From Planctomycetota bacterium (GTDB lineage: Bacteria; Planctomycetota; JAJSAM01; JAJVHW01): a stretch of 64,000 nt of DNA. This document shows positions 38,709-48,376 of the stretch, in pieces. Both the position numbers and the translations under genes were made by a program. Location of the stretch: contig CBDFJG010000003.1 of assembly GCA_965248445.1 (NCBI GenBank), positions 768,001-832,000 on the forward strand, read 5' to 3'. The notes beneath the pieces are model-generated. The model was not told the DNA's origin. It did not search any database and saw nothing but the letters and a program-made list of their open reading frames with translations. Every line of letters begins with the position of its first letter. The first letter of the stretch is position 1.

Positions 38709-40306
38709 GCGATGCCCCCGTCGGTGGAGACCGGCGCGGGAACAGGTGCGGGGAGCTGCTTGCCCAGTGGTCCCAGGCGGCCGAGCGTCATGCCGGCGAA
38801 CGCGGGAACGTCGTCCCCCATCGCTTGCAGGACGGCGTCGGCCGACCGTGGCGGATCTTCGCCCGTCAGCCGCGCGAGCAGCGAGCCGAGGATGCGCCAG
38901 TCCGGGCGCGCGTCGCCCGGCGGCGTCACGACGGGCTGGATGCGCTGCGCACGGCCGTCCACGTTGGTGAACGAGCCGTCCTTCTCGAACGCGGTCAGAC
39001 CCGGCAGCACGACGGTCGCCGCCTTCTGGATCGTCTCCGTCTCGTGGAAGTCGGTCACCAGCACGAAGTCCATCGCCGCGAGCGCCTGCACCGCGGCGGG
39101 ATCGTCGTCCATGTCCTCGCCGCAGAGGAACACCGCCTTGAAGCCGCCGCCGGCCAGCGCGCCGAGACCGCGGCCGCCGTCCTGCGGCGCGATCCCCATC
39201 AGCTTCGCACCCGCTGTGTTCGGGTTGCCGTCGCCGGTGCGCAGGATGTCGTCGGAGGGCCACGCGCGCGGCTTCGTGTCGCGATGCGGCGTCCCGAGTT
39301 CGTCGAGGATCCGGCGGCTGAGCCACAACTCCTCGTTCGTGAGGCGCGCCGACACGATCGCGAGCAGGTCGGCACCCGCCGCTCGCAGGCCGTCGGCGGC
39401 CGCGGCGAACGCCTCGTCCCACGTCGTCTCGACGAGTTCGCCGTCCTTGCGCACCATCGGCGCACCAAGACGATCGTCCGCCTCGACGTACTTGAAGTTC
39501 AGGCGTCCCGCGTCGCACATCCACCACTGGTTGACGTCCGCGTTCTCCGCAGGCACGAGACGCAGGATGCGGTTCCAGCGCGTCCCGGCGGTGACGTTGC
39601 AGCCACGCGAGCACGACGGGCACACGGTGCGCTTCTGGTCGATGAACCAGACGCGGCTCTTGAAGCGGAAGTCCGTCGACGTGAGAGCCCCGACCGGGCA
39701 GATGTCGATGGTGTTCATCTGGTAGGGGTTCTTCATCTCGTCACCGCGGGCCACGGCGATCTCGTTGCGGTCGCCACGATTCACGACGTCAAGCTCGTCC
39801 TCGCCCGCGATCTCCTCGCAGAACCGGACGCAGCGCGTGCAGAGGATGCAGCGCTCCGCGTCGAACATCACCTTGTCGGAGAACTCCACGTTCTTGGGCT
39901 TGTGGACCTTCGGGAAGTCGAAGCGCGAGCCGTCGGTTCCGAACTCGAAGCTGTACTCCTGCAGCTTGCACTCGCCGGCCTGGTCGCAGATCGGGCAGTC
40001 GAGCGGGTGGTTGATGAGCAGGAGTTCCATCACGTCCTGGCGTGCCTGCTTCGCCGGGTCGGACTGCGTCCACACCTGCATGCCCTCGCTGACGGGCAGG
40101 TTGCACGAGATCACGGTTTGGCGACCGCGGCCCGTGTCGACCTCGACCATGCAGATGCGGCAATTGCCGGCGACGGTCAGGCCCGGGTGCCAGCAGTAGT
40201 GCGGCACGTCGCCGCCCATCTCGCGCACGGCCTCGATGACGAGCGTACCCTTCGCGACCTCGACCTCGCGGCCGTCGACGATCAGCTTGACGGTGCCGTC
40301 GGACAT
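38705..40306 (-). CDS. nuoG: NADH-quinone oxidoreductase subunit G (short form)
   Basis: HYCWH...GNCRIC, NHPLDCPICDQAGEC, RCILCTRC, ICPVGAL, CPSCSRGC...C. Confidence 0.95.
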   Translation of the reverse strand: MSDGTVKLIVDGREVEVAKGTLVIEAVREMGGDVPHYCWHPGLTVAGNCRICMVEVDTGRGRQTVISCNLPVSEGMQVWTQSDPAKQARQDVMELLLINHPLDCPICDQAGECKLQEYSFEFGTDGSRFDFPKVHKPKNVEFSDKVMFDAERCILCTRCVRFCEEIAGEDELDVVNRGDRNEIAVARGDEMKNPYQMNTIDICPVGALTSTDFRFKSRVWFIDQKRTVCPSCSRGCNVTAGTRWNRILRLVPAENADVNQWWMCDAGRLNFKYVEADDRLGAPMVRKDGELVETTWDEAFAAAADGLRAAGADLLAIVSARLTNEELWLSRRILDELGTPHRDTKPRAWPSDDILRTGDGNPNTAGAKLMGIAPQDGGRGLGALAGGGFKAVFLCGEDMDDDPAAVQALAAMDFVLVTDFHETETIQKAATVVLPGLTAFEKDGSFTNVDGRAQRIQPVVTPPGDARPDWRILGSLLARLTGEDPPRSADAVLQAMGDDVPAFAGMTLGRLGPLGKQLPAPVPAPVSTDGGIA

Positions 40307-41622
40307 CAGACCTCCACCGCCTCACGCCGTTCGCGCTGCGCCTTCCACACCGGTGAACCGCCGTTCGCGACCGCCTGCACGAAGTCATCGCGAAAGTGCT
40401 CCAGAAACGACTTGGTCGGCATGACGGCGGAGTCGGCCAGGAAACAGATCGTCTTGCCGGCTTGCGCGCCGCCGATCGTGTCGGCGACGCGGTCGAGCAG
40501 ATCGATGTCGCTGTCCTTGCCCTCACCCTTCCAGATGCGCTCCACGAGTTTCTCCAGCCAGCCCGTGCCCTCCCGGCACGGCGTGCACTGGCCGCAACTC
40601 TCGTGGTGGTAGAACTGCATCAGGTTGAGCAGCGCGTCCACCATGCAAGTGGTGTCGTCCATCACGATGACCCCCGCGGCGCCCGCGAGACTCCCCGCGT
40701 CCTTGACCGCGCCGTACGTGAACGGCACGTCGATGGCCGACGCCGGCATCACGGGGACCGACGAACCGCCGGGGATGACGGCCTTGAGCGCGCGGCCCTT
40801 CCACACGCCACCAGCGTGTTCGTCGATCAAGTCGCGGATGGTCGTCTTCGCCGGGTCGATCTCGACGTGGCACGGGTTCTCGACGTGTCCGCTGATGCCG
40901 ACAAGACGGGTGCCGGTCGTGTCCTCGTCGCCGATCGCCTTGAAGCCCTCGACGCCGAGTTCGATGATCGGCGGCACGCAGGCGAGCGTCTCGACGTTGT
41001 TGATGATCGTCGGACAGCGCCAGAGGCCCTCGACCGCCGGGAACGGCGGCTTGATCTTCGGATACCCGCGTCCGCCTTCGAGCGATGAGAGGAGTCCCGT
41101 CTCCTCTCCGCAGATGTACGCGCCCGCGCCCGGGTGGACCCAGACGTCGCACCGCCAGCCGGAACCCATGACGTTCGCACCGACGTGGCCGCTCTCGCGC
41201 GCCTCGACGAGCGCCGCCTCGAGCGCCTCGATCGAATGCGGGTACTCGCCGCGCACGTAGATGAACGCGGCCTCTGCACCGATCGCCTTGCAGGCGATCA
41301 GGCAGCCCTCGATCAGCAGGTGCGGCACGCGTTCCATGATCTGCCGGTCCTTGAAGCACCCCGGCTCGGACTCGTCGGCGTTGCACGCGAGGTAGGCCGG
41401 CTTGCCAGTGCCCTTCGGGACGAAGCTCCACTTGCGCCCTGCCGGGAAGCCCGCGCCGCCGCGGCCGCGCACGCCGGCCTGCAGGACCTGCTGCGTGATC
41501 GCGTCCGGCTCCATGCCGAGCGCCCGGCGCAGCGCGCCGTACCCGCCGTGCGACGCGTACTGCTCGAGGGTCTCGCGTGACCCGATCGGCGGCGCGTGCT
41601 GCATGAGGAGCGAGTGAATCAC
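40306..41622 (-). CDS. nuoF: NADH-quinone oxidoreductase subunit F
   Basis: RGRGGAGF, NADESEPG, GAGAYICGEET, ESCGQCTPCREG. Confidence 0.97.
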   Translation of the reverse strand: MIHSLLMQHAPPIGSRETLEQYASHGGYGALRRALGMEPDAITQQVLQAGVRGRGGAGFPAGRKWSFVPKGTGKPAYLACNADESEPGCFKDRQIMERVPHLLIEGCLIACKAIGAEAAFIYVRGEYPHSIEALEAALVEARESGHVGANVMGSGWRCDVWVHPGAGAYICGEETGLLSSLEGGRGYPKIKPPFPAVEGLWRCPTIINNVETLACVPPIIELGVEGFKAIGDEDTTGTRLVGISGHVENPCHVEIDPAKTTIRDLIDEHAGGVWKGRALKAVIPGGSSVPVMPASAIDVPFTYGAVKDAGSLAGAAGVIVMDDTTCMVDALLNLMQFYHHESCGQCTPCREGTGWLEKLVERIWKGEGKDSDIDLLDRVADTIGGAQAGKTICFLADSAVMPTKSFLEHFRDDFVQAVANGGSPVWKAQRERREAVEV

Positions 41623-42182
41623 TTGGCCCCTCCCACCCCGACACGATGCCCCTCGAGCGCCTCGATCGCTTGCGCCGAGTCAACGGGGCCGTGACGCGCG
41701 AACTGCTCGCCGGAGAGAACGAGAATGCACGGAGCCATGTCGCAGAGGCCGAGGCACTCCGCCGGCTCGATCGTGAACTCGCCGTCCTCCGTCGTGCCGC
41801 CCAACTCGATGCCGTAGCGGTCCTCGAGCGCGTCGATCACCTCCTGCGCGCCGCGCAGCCGGCACGAGAGTGTCTTGCACACCATGACCACCGACCGGCC
41901 GATCGGCCCGTCGCGGAACATGGTGTAGAAGGTGATCACGCCCTCGACGTGCGCTCGTGGGACACGCAGGTACTCCGCGACGTCCTCGATCGAGCTCGGC
42001 GTCAGCCATCCCCGCGCGTTCTGCACGACCCAGAGGACCGGAAGCATCGCCGCCGCGCGCTCCGGGTAACGCCTCACGATCGGATCGAGGCGTGCACGCA
42101 GACTCTCGAACGACGCCTTCGCGTCGGCGGCGGCACACTCCTCGGCGGAGGGCGGGGCGGCGTGGATGCCGGCGCCGCTCAC
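41619..42182 (-). CDS. nuoE: NADH-quinone oxidoreductase subunit E
   Basis: TFYTMF, CKTLSC, ECLGLC..AP. GTG start overlaps the nuoD stop. Confidence 0.94.
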   Translation of the reverse strand: MSGAGIHAAPPSAEECAAADAKASFESLRARLDPIVRRYPERAAAMLPVLWVVQNARGWLTPSSIEDVAEYLRVPRAHVEGVITFYTMFRDGPIGRSVVMVCKTLSCRLRGAQEVIDALEDRYGIELGGTTEDGEFTIEPAECLGLCDMAPCILVLSGEQFARHGPVDSAQAIEALEGHRVGVGGAK

Positions 42183-43441
42183 CGGTCGCACTCCCCCATC
42201 ACGAAGTCGAGGCTGCCGAGGATCGCAACGGTGTCGGCCACCATCGCGTTCTTGAACACGTGCGGAATCACCGAGAGGTTCACGAACGACGGCGCCCGCA
42301 TGCGCAGGCGGAACGGGCGCCCGGTTCCGTCGGTCTTCACGTAGAAGCCGAGCTCGCCCTTCGGGTTCTCGAAGCCGAAGTACCGCTCGCCCGGCGGAAG
42401 CGCCGGCCCCTCCGTCACGACCATGAACTGGTGGATCAGTTCCTCCATGCTCGTGAGGACCTTCGTCTTGTCGGGCAGCGTGATCTTGAAGTTCTCGACG
42501 GAAATCGGCCCGCCGGGCAGCCCCTCGATCGCCTGTTCGAGGATGCGCGCGCTCTCCTTGATCTCGCCGATCCGGCAGAGGTACCGGTCGTAGGCGTCGC
42601 CGTGTTCGCCGACCGGCACGTCGAACTCGTAGTTCTCGTAGCCGAGGTACGGCTGCTCCTTGCGCAGGTCCCACTCGACGCCCGACGCGCGGAGACACGG
42701 CCCGGTCAGGCCGTACGACATGGCGATGTCCTTCGGGAGGACGCCCACGCCGACGAGCCGGTCCACCCAGATGCGGTTCCTTGTGAGGAGGTTCTCGACG
42801 TCCTCCTTCACGCGCTTCGGAATCTCGCGTGCGAAGCGCAGCACCGCGTCGGCCCAGCCTTCCGGTAAATTGCGCGCCAGTCCGCCGACTCGCGTGTAGC
42901 TCACGGTGAAGCGGGCGCCGGTGAGCGACTCCATGAAGTCGTAGATGCGCTCGCGTTCGCGGAAGCAGTACAGGAAGACGGTCATGGCCCCGACGTCCAT
43001 GGCGAATGCGCCGAGTCCGAGCAGGTGCGCGCTGATGCGGCCTAGTTCGCAGCAGATCACGCGGATGGCCTGGCCGCGCGGCGGGAGCACGATCCCGTTC
43101 ACCGACTCGATCCCCATCGCCACCGCGATGTTGTTGGAGATGGGCGCGAGATAGTCCATCCGGTCCGTGTAGGGGATGAACTTGTTGTAGCCGTACGTCT
43201 CCGCAATCTTCTCCATGCCGCGGTGCAGGTAGCCGAGGTCCGGTTCGGCCCTCACGATGCGCTCGCCGTCGAGGTCGAGGACGATGCGCAGCACGCCGTG
43301 CGTCGAGGGGTGTGACGGCCCCATGTTCAGCGTCATGTACTCGCCGTCGGGATCGTGGCGCAGCGCCGTCGAGCCGGCATCCGCAGGAGTCAGCGTGTGC
43401 GCCAGCGGATTGTCGTCCACCGTCGGGCGTGAGGTCGCCAC
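42179..43441 (-). CDS. nuoD: NADH-quinone oxidoreductase subunit D
   Basis: NMGPSHPSTHGVLR, GYLHRG.EK, DRMDY, ENPKGELG, DFVMGECDR. Confidence 0.97.
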   Translation of the reverse strand: MATSRPTVDDNPLAHTLTPADAGSTALRHDPDGEYMTLNMGPSHPSTHGVLRIVLDLDGERIVRAEPDLGYLHRGMEKIAETYGYNKFIPYTDRMDYLAPISNNIAVAMGIESVNGIVLPPRGQAIRVICCELGRISAHLLGLGAFAMDVGAMTVFLYCFRERERIYDFMESLTGARFTVSYTRVGGLARNLPEGWADAVLRFAREIPKRVKEDVENLLTRNRIWVDRLVGVGVLPKDIAMSYGLTGPCLRASGVEWDLRKEQPYLGYENYEFDVPVGEHGDAYDRYLCRIGEIKESARILEQAIEGLPGGPISVENFKITLPDKTKVLTSMEELIHQFMVVTEGPALPPGERYFGFENPKGELGFYVKTDGTGRPFRLRMRAPSFVNLSVIPHVFKNAMVADTVAILGSLDFVMGECDR

Positions 43442-43443
43442 GG

Positions 43444-44001
43444 TTACTCCTCCACTCTCTGCGCGCGGGCGATGCACCACTCGGCCCACTCGCGGTCGCT
43501 CATGCGGCCTTCCATCGGGAAGTCCTTGCGCAGGGGGAAGTCCTGGAAGATCTCCGGCATCATGATTCGCGTGAGGTTCGGGTGACCGCGGAACTCGATG
43601 CCGAACATGTCGTAGCACTCGCGCTCGAGCCAGTTGGCCGTTGCGTAGACGCCGGCGAGGCTCGGCGCCCAGATGTCCTCCTCGGGCACCTTGACCTTGA
43701 GCACCAGTTCCTGCCGCAGGCTCATGCTGCGCAGCACGTAGATCGCGCGGAAGCGCGGCTCCTCGCCGTAGTGGTCCAGCCCGGTCACGTCGATGAGGAA
43801 GTCGAAGCGGAGCGAAGGCTCGTCACGGAGGAACGCGATCATGTCGAGCAGCGGCTCACGGGACGATAGTTCGACGCGCCATTGGCCGGCGTTCTCAACC
43901 GCCTCGTCAACGGCGTCCGGCCACCGCTTCCGCAGTGCGCGAACGGCAGCCGATTCCGTGGACGCGTCGGAAACAGCGGGAGAAGAAACGCCGTCGGTCA
44001 C
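43444..44001 (-). CDS. nuoC: NADH-quinone oxidoreductase subunit C
   Basis: ANWLERECYDMFGI.F.GHP.L.RI, PLRKDFP. Confidence 0.96.
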   Translation of the reverse strand: MTDGVSSPAVSDASTESAAVRALRKRWPDAVDEAVENAGQWRVELSSREPLLDMIAFLRDEPSLRFDFLIDVTGLDHYGEEPRFRAIYVLRSMSLRQELVLKVKVPEEDIWAPSLAGVYATANWLERECYDMFGIEFRGHPNLTRIMMPEIFQDFPLRKDFPMEGRMSDREWAEWCIARAQRVEE

Positions 44002-44009
44002 GTGGTGCT

Positions 44010-44552
44010 CTAGTCCTTCTTCTCACCGCCGACGATGGCGGTGACACCGAGGCCCTTGTGGGCGCGCTCTTCGCTGATCGTCTTCTGCAGCTGGATGATC
44101 GCGTTCAGCACCATCTCCGGACGCGGCGGGCACCCGGGGATGTAGTAGTCCACCGGCACGACGTGGTCGATCCCCTGCATCACCGGGTAGCTGCGGAACA
44201 TGCCGCCGGTGGAGGCGCAGGCACCCATGGCCATGACCCACTTCGGCTCGGCCATCTGGTCGTACAAGCGACGGCACGCCTCGCCCATCTTGTAGGTCAG
44301 CGTCCCGGCCACGAGCATCAGGTCGGCCTGTTTCGGGGAGAAGCGCGCCACCTCGGCGCCGAAGCGCGCCATGTCGAAGCGCGACGCCGCGGTGGCCATG
44401 AACTCGATCGCGCAGCACGACAGCCCGAGGGGCAGCGGCCAGATCGAGTTGCGGCGGGCCCAGTTGATCACCGAATCGACGCGGGTGAGGAGGGCCCCGC
44501 CCTCTTCCTGGGACTCGCCTACGTGGAGCGCGGTCAGTTTTCTTTGTGCCAT
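44010..44552 (-). CDS. nuoB: NADH-quinone oxidoreductase subunit B
   Basis: GLSCCAIE, AMGACASTGG, PGCPPRPE. Confidence 0.97.
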   Translation of the reverse strand: MAQRKLTALHVGESQEEGGALLTRVDSVINWARRNSIWPLPLGLSCCAIEFMATAASRFDMARFGAEVARFSPKQADLMLVAGTLTYKMGEACRRLYDQMAEPKWVMAMGACASTGGMFRSYPVMQGIDHVVPVDYYIPGCPPRPEMVLNAIIQLQKTISEERAHKGLGVTAIVGGEKKD

Positions 44553-44938
44553 TCCAGCACCCCTTTCTTCACGACATACACCCAGCCGAGGAAGAGCACG
44601 AGCACGAACGCCGCAGCCTCGGCCATCAGGAGCCCGCTGCCCGGGAAGCTCGCCCGGTCGGTGCCGACGTTGCCGAACGAGACCGCCCACGGGTACATGA
44701 ACACGACCTCGACGTCGAACAGGATGAAGAGCATCGCGACGATGTAGAACTTCACGCTGAATCGTGCGTGCGCCTCGGTCTTGATGGGCATGCCGCACTC
44801 GTACGGCGTGTTTTTCACCCGGTTCTGCCGGCCGCGCTGCCCCAGGATCGCCGAGACGCCGAGCGAGCCCACGGCGAAGAGGACGCCGAAGAGCGCCATC
44901 AGGAGCACCGGCAGGTAGGGGTGAGTCTGCGCTGGCAT
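44534..44938 (-). CDS. nuoA: NADH-quinone oxidoreductase subunit A
   Basis: K.TPYECG, KFY.VAMLFILFDVEV.FMYPWA, KKG.LEW. Confidence 0.96.
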   Translation of the reverse strand: MPAQTHPYLPVLLMALFGVLFAVGSLGVSAILGQRGRQNRVKNTPYECGMPIKTEAHARFSVKFYIVAMLFILFDVEVVFMYPWAVSFGNVGTDRASFPGSGLLMAEAAAFVLVLFLGWVYVVKKGVLEWHKEN

Positions 44939-45037
44939 GAGGCTGGACCCGGCCGGCCCGATCGCTGACGGTCAGGAGCCGCGGCCTTCGCCGCGCAGAG
45001 GGCCGTCGCCGCCCGCGCGCGCGAAGGGTGTGGGCGA

Positions 45038-45066
45038 ACCGTAAGTAGGAAGCGGCAGGCGGCCAA
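45038..45066 (-). promoter_or_regulatory. Candidate promoter of the nuo operon
   Basis: Minus strand reads TTGGCC-N17-TACGGT, ~100 bp upstream of nuoA. Confidence 0.35.
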
Positions 45067-45541
45067 GCACATTTCGCCGGGTCGCGGAGCCTCCGGGGGA
45101 GCAGCTCCGAGGGGCGAGCTAGCCGACGCTCGGAGAGCGCTCTACAGGCACGTTGTCGGCTTCGGCGAGTGGGACCCGCGGCGGCGCCTCGGCTGCTTCG
45201 CGGGCGTCGTCGATGAGCTGACCGGCGCGGTCGAATCGAGCGCCGGGTCGAGGCGAGCGTCGCCCGCCGTGTCGGTGGACGGGAGCCGCTGCGCGAGTCG
45301 CATTCGCGGCGGCCCGGACGCCGCCCGGGGCCCCGACCACACATGGCTCCCGGGGGCGCCGGCTGCACCACAGTCTTCGGGTCTCCACGAAGGCCGCCTT
45401 AGGCTCGCCTCGGGAGGATTCGACGTTTCTCGACGTGAGAGTGCGTCCGCGGCTCGCCGCGTCTCAATCCGGGAATCCGGAGGACAGATTTCTTCTCCCG
45501 GTAGCGCGTGTGACCGCGGTCGTCGCGTCGCGACGGGGAGG

Positions 45542-48376
45542 TCAGGCAGCCTTTTTGGCGGCCGGTTTCTTCGGCTTCGGCACGTTGACACCGATCGCTC
45601 GGAGCTCGTTCTCGATGCGCTTGACCTCGGCCACCGCCGCCTTCCGCTCCCGCTCGACTCGTTGTCGGTCTTCGGGCCGGGCGAAGCGGGCCGTCTCGAG
45701 AGTCCGCTTCAGCCCGTCGGCGCGAGCGCGCGCGGTCTCTAGCCGCCCGATGATCAAGAGGCCCTGCACGGCGAGGACGGTCACGGGACGTCGGTCGGTC
45801 ACGGCCTTGTTCCGGACGGCCCGGAGGGCGCGTGAGATCGCGCCGCGCGTGCCCCGCCAGGGCTCGCGGGCGTGGGCGGCGACCAGCACGGGAACCGTCG
45901 AGGGGTCCGCCAGCGTGGCCAGCGAGCGCGCCGCCTGCGTGCGGAGTCCCCGCCTGGCATCCGCGAGGAACGGCAGCACGACGTCAACCGCGCCCTCACG
46001 GTCCTTCCCGAGCCTGCCGAGAGCAGCCACGGCGGCAGCGCGCGCGTCCGGCGGCGCGCCCGGGGCCGCGTAGCCGGCGGCGATGTCGAACCCGCGGGGG
46101 TCGCCGAGGGTCGCGAGGCCGCGGAGTGCTGCGCTCCTCACGAACCCGCGCCATCCCGGGCGATCGAGCGCCGCGACCATCACGTCGAACACGCCGTCGC
46201 CCTTGAGCCGAGACAGCGACGTGAGCGCTGCGGCCCTCACGAGGTCGTTCGGGTCCGCCGCACGGCGGACGAGTTCCTGCCGGACGTCATCCGACTCCTT
46301 GAACGCGCGCAGCCGCTCCAGCACGCGGAGCCGGACACGCAGGTCCGGGTCGTCGCGCAGCACGGACAACAGCAGAGCGGCATTCTCGGCGCTCGCGGGT
46401 CGCCACAACGAGTTCACCGCAGCCAGGCGCAGGTGATGCGACGCGTCCTCGCGCACGATGCGCACAAGAGTGTCTCGAGCGGCGCGCTTCACGTCCTCGG
46501 TCGCCTTCTTGTCGTTCAGCCGGGACGATATCTTGCGGATGGCGTCGAGGCGTTCCGCGGTCGAAGGCGCGGTGCGCAGCAACCGGTCCCACTCGTCCGG
46601 CCGGCGCTCGACGTCCACTTTCGCGAGCAGGCCACGAGCCGGGTCGAAGCGCACGGTGTCGGGCGGACCGGCGAGCGAGATGCGGAACTCGTGACTCCGC
46701 TCCGTGAGCGCGAACCGGCGGCGAACGGTGGGCGCGCCGGCGCGGTCCACCTCGACGTCGAGTGGCAGCCGGTACGCGGCCGGCGTGCCGTCCTTCGCAT
46801 CGTGCGCCTGCTCCGCGCGCACGACGACCTGGCGCGTTCCCGCATCCCATGACCAAGAGAGCTTCAGGTGAGGCCGGCCGGGCACGCGGAACCACTGGTC
46901 GAAGAACCATGACAGGTCCGCTCCATACGCAGCTGAAGCGGACCTCTCGAAGTCCTCGGTCGTCACCGGGCCGCCCGCGTGGTCGGCGACGTAGCGGCGC
47001 ACGATCGCCTTGAACTTCTCGGTCCCCACCTCGACGCGCAGTGCGTGCAGACGTGCGGCCCCGCCGCCGTACGCATGGCCATCGAAGAAGAGGTCGAACG
47101 GCTTGGCGTAGACGTCGGAGACGACCGGGCGGCGCGACCTGACCGCGGCACCGGCCGCGCCCGCCATCGTGCCGCGCATCCCCACGAGGAAGTCGTCGGT
47201 GCCGCCGTCGTGCTCGCGCCAGAGATGGGTGAAGTACGTGGCAAAGCCCTCGTTCAGCCAAACGTGAGACCAGTGCTTGCAGGTCATCAGGTCGCCGAAC
47301 CACTGGTGCGCGCCCTCGTGAGCAACCAGGCTGTGGCTCGTCCTGGACGGCTCCCACTCCGGTGGGTGAATGGTCCCGCTCGTCAGCGTCGTAGCGCTGA
47401 TGTTCTCCATGCCGCCGAACATGAACTCGCGGACGCAGCACTGCGCGTACTTGGCGTACGGGTACGGCCGTCCCGTGTAGTCGCCGAAGAACTCGAGAAT
47501 GCGCTGAGTGTTGCGCAGCGAGTACGCGACGTGCTCCGTGTCGCGCGCCGAGACCCAGTACTCGAGAGGGACGGCCCCGTCCTCAGCCGTGATCTCGTAC
47601 TCCCCCGCCACGAACGTGGTCAGGTAGGTCACGTGGGCGTTGTCCATCCTGTAGTGCCACGTGCGGCGTGCGCCGGGCAGGTCCTCGACGTCGGTGCGCA
47701 CTCCCGCCGCGGACACGGACATGTGGTCGGGCACCGTCACGTGGATCGCGTGCGTCGCGACGTCGTCGGGGAAGTCGTGGCACGGCATCCAGTGACGCGT
47801 GTCCTCGCACTCGCCTTGTGTGAACGCCTGAAGAGGAGCGTCGGGGTGCGCAGCCGTGGACGAGTTGAAGTACACACCCGCCGTGGGCCGCGCCGCGTAC
47901 CTGATCGAGTAGCGCCGTTCCGTCCCCGCTCTCGATCCGCCGGGCAGCGGGATGGCCAGCACGCGCCCGTCGTAGTCGAACGGCACGGCCGCACCTTGTC
48001 CGTTCGTGACGGTACGCACGTCGAGTTCGACCGCGTCGAGCAAGAGCGCGTGGTGTCCGTCGGCCGCATCGGTGATGTCGATGGTGACCCTGCCGCCAAG
48101 CGCCTCGAGGTCGAAGTCGAGTTCGACGGCGATGTCGTCGTTCGTCACGTCGAAGCCCCAGACGGGCTGCGGATGGGCGACCTTCTTCGGCGCGACGGGG
48201 TCCTCGGGCAGACGGTCGTCGAACGGGCGCGCAGGGTCCGGCTGGACTCGTTGCAGCAACAGCGGCTCCGGCATGGGACCGCGGAACACGGGAAGTGCCT
48301 CCGGGGCGGCCGCCGCGCAGGCGCCCGTGACCGCGAGGCAGACGGCGAGACTCAGGATCGGCGGAGTGGGTCTCAC
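45542..48376 (-). CDS. Exported M1-family aminopeptidase with C-terminal HEAT repeats
   Basis: Signal peptide/lipobox VTGA|C, TQGE, GGMEN, HEGAHQWFG-x-WLNEGFA, HEAT-like repeats and a C-terminal coiled coil. GTG start overlaps the kinase stop. Confidence 0.9.
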   Translation of the reverse strand: MRPTPPILSLAVCLAVTGACAAAAPEALPVFRGPMPEPLLLQRVQPDPARPFDDRLPEDPVAPKKVAHPQPVWGFDVTNDDIAVELDFDLEALGGRVTIDITDAADGHHALLLDAVELDVRTVTNGQGAAVPFDYDGRVLAIPLPGGSRAGTERRYSIRYAARPTAGVYFNSSTAAHPDAPLQAFTQGECEDTRHWMPCHDFPDDVATHAIHVTVPDHMSVSAAGVRTDVEDLPGARRTWHYRMDNAHVTYLTTFVAGEYEITAEDGAVPLEYWVSARDTEHVAYSLRNTQRILEFFGDYTGRPYPYAKYAQCCVREFMFGGMENISATTLTSGTIHPPEWEPSRTSHSLVAHEGAHQWFGDLMTCKHWSHVWLNEGFATYFTHLWREHDGGTDDFLVGMRGTMAGAAGAAVRSRRPVVSDVYAKPFDLFFDGHAYGGGAARLHALRVEVGTEKFKAIVRRYVADHAGGPVTTEDFERSASAAYGADLSWFFDQWFRVPGRPHLKLSWSWDAGTRQVVVRAEQAHDAKDGTPAAYRLPLDVEVDRAGAPTVRRRFALTERSHEFRISLAGPPDTVRFDPARGLLAKVDVERRPDEWDRLLRTAPSTAERLDAIRKISSRLNDKKATEDVKRAARDTLVRIVREDASHHLRLAAVNSLWRPASAENAALLLSVLRDDPDLRVRLRVLERLRAFKESDDVRQELVRRAADPNDLVRAAALTSLSRLKGDGVFDVMVAALDRPGWRGFVRSAALRGLATLGDPRGFDIAAGYAAPGAPPDARAAAVAALGRLGKDREGAVDVVLPFLADARRGLRTQAARSLATLADPSTVPVLVAAHAREPWRGTRGAISRALRAVRNKAVTDRRPVTVLAVQGLLIIGRLETARARADGLKRTLETARFARPEDRQRVERERKAAVAEVKRIENELRAIGVNVPKPKKPAAKKAA

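Noticed and set aside
45119..45591. Small ORFs in the gap upstream of nuoA
   Set aside because: They have no RBS or motif support and their translations are low-complexity and R/P/A-rich.
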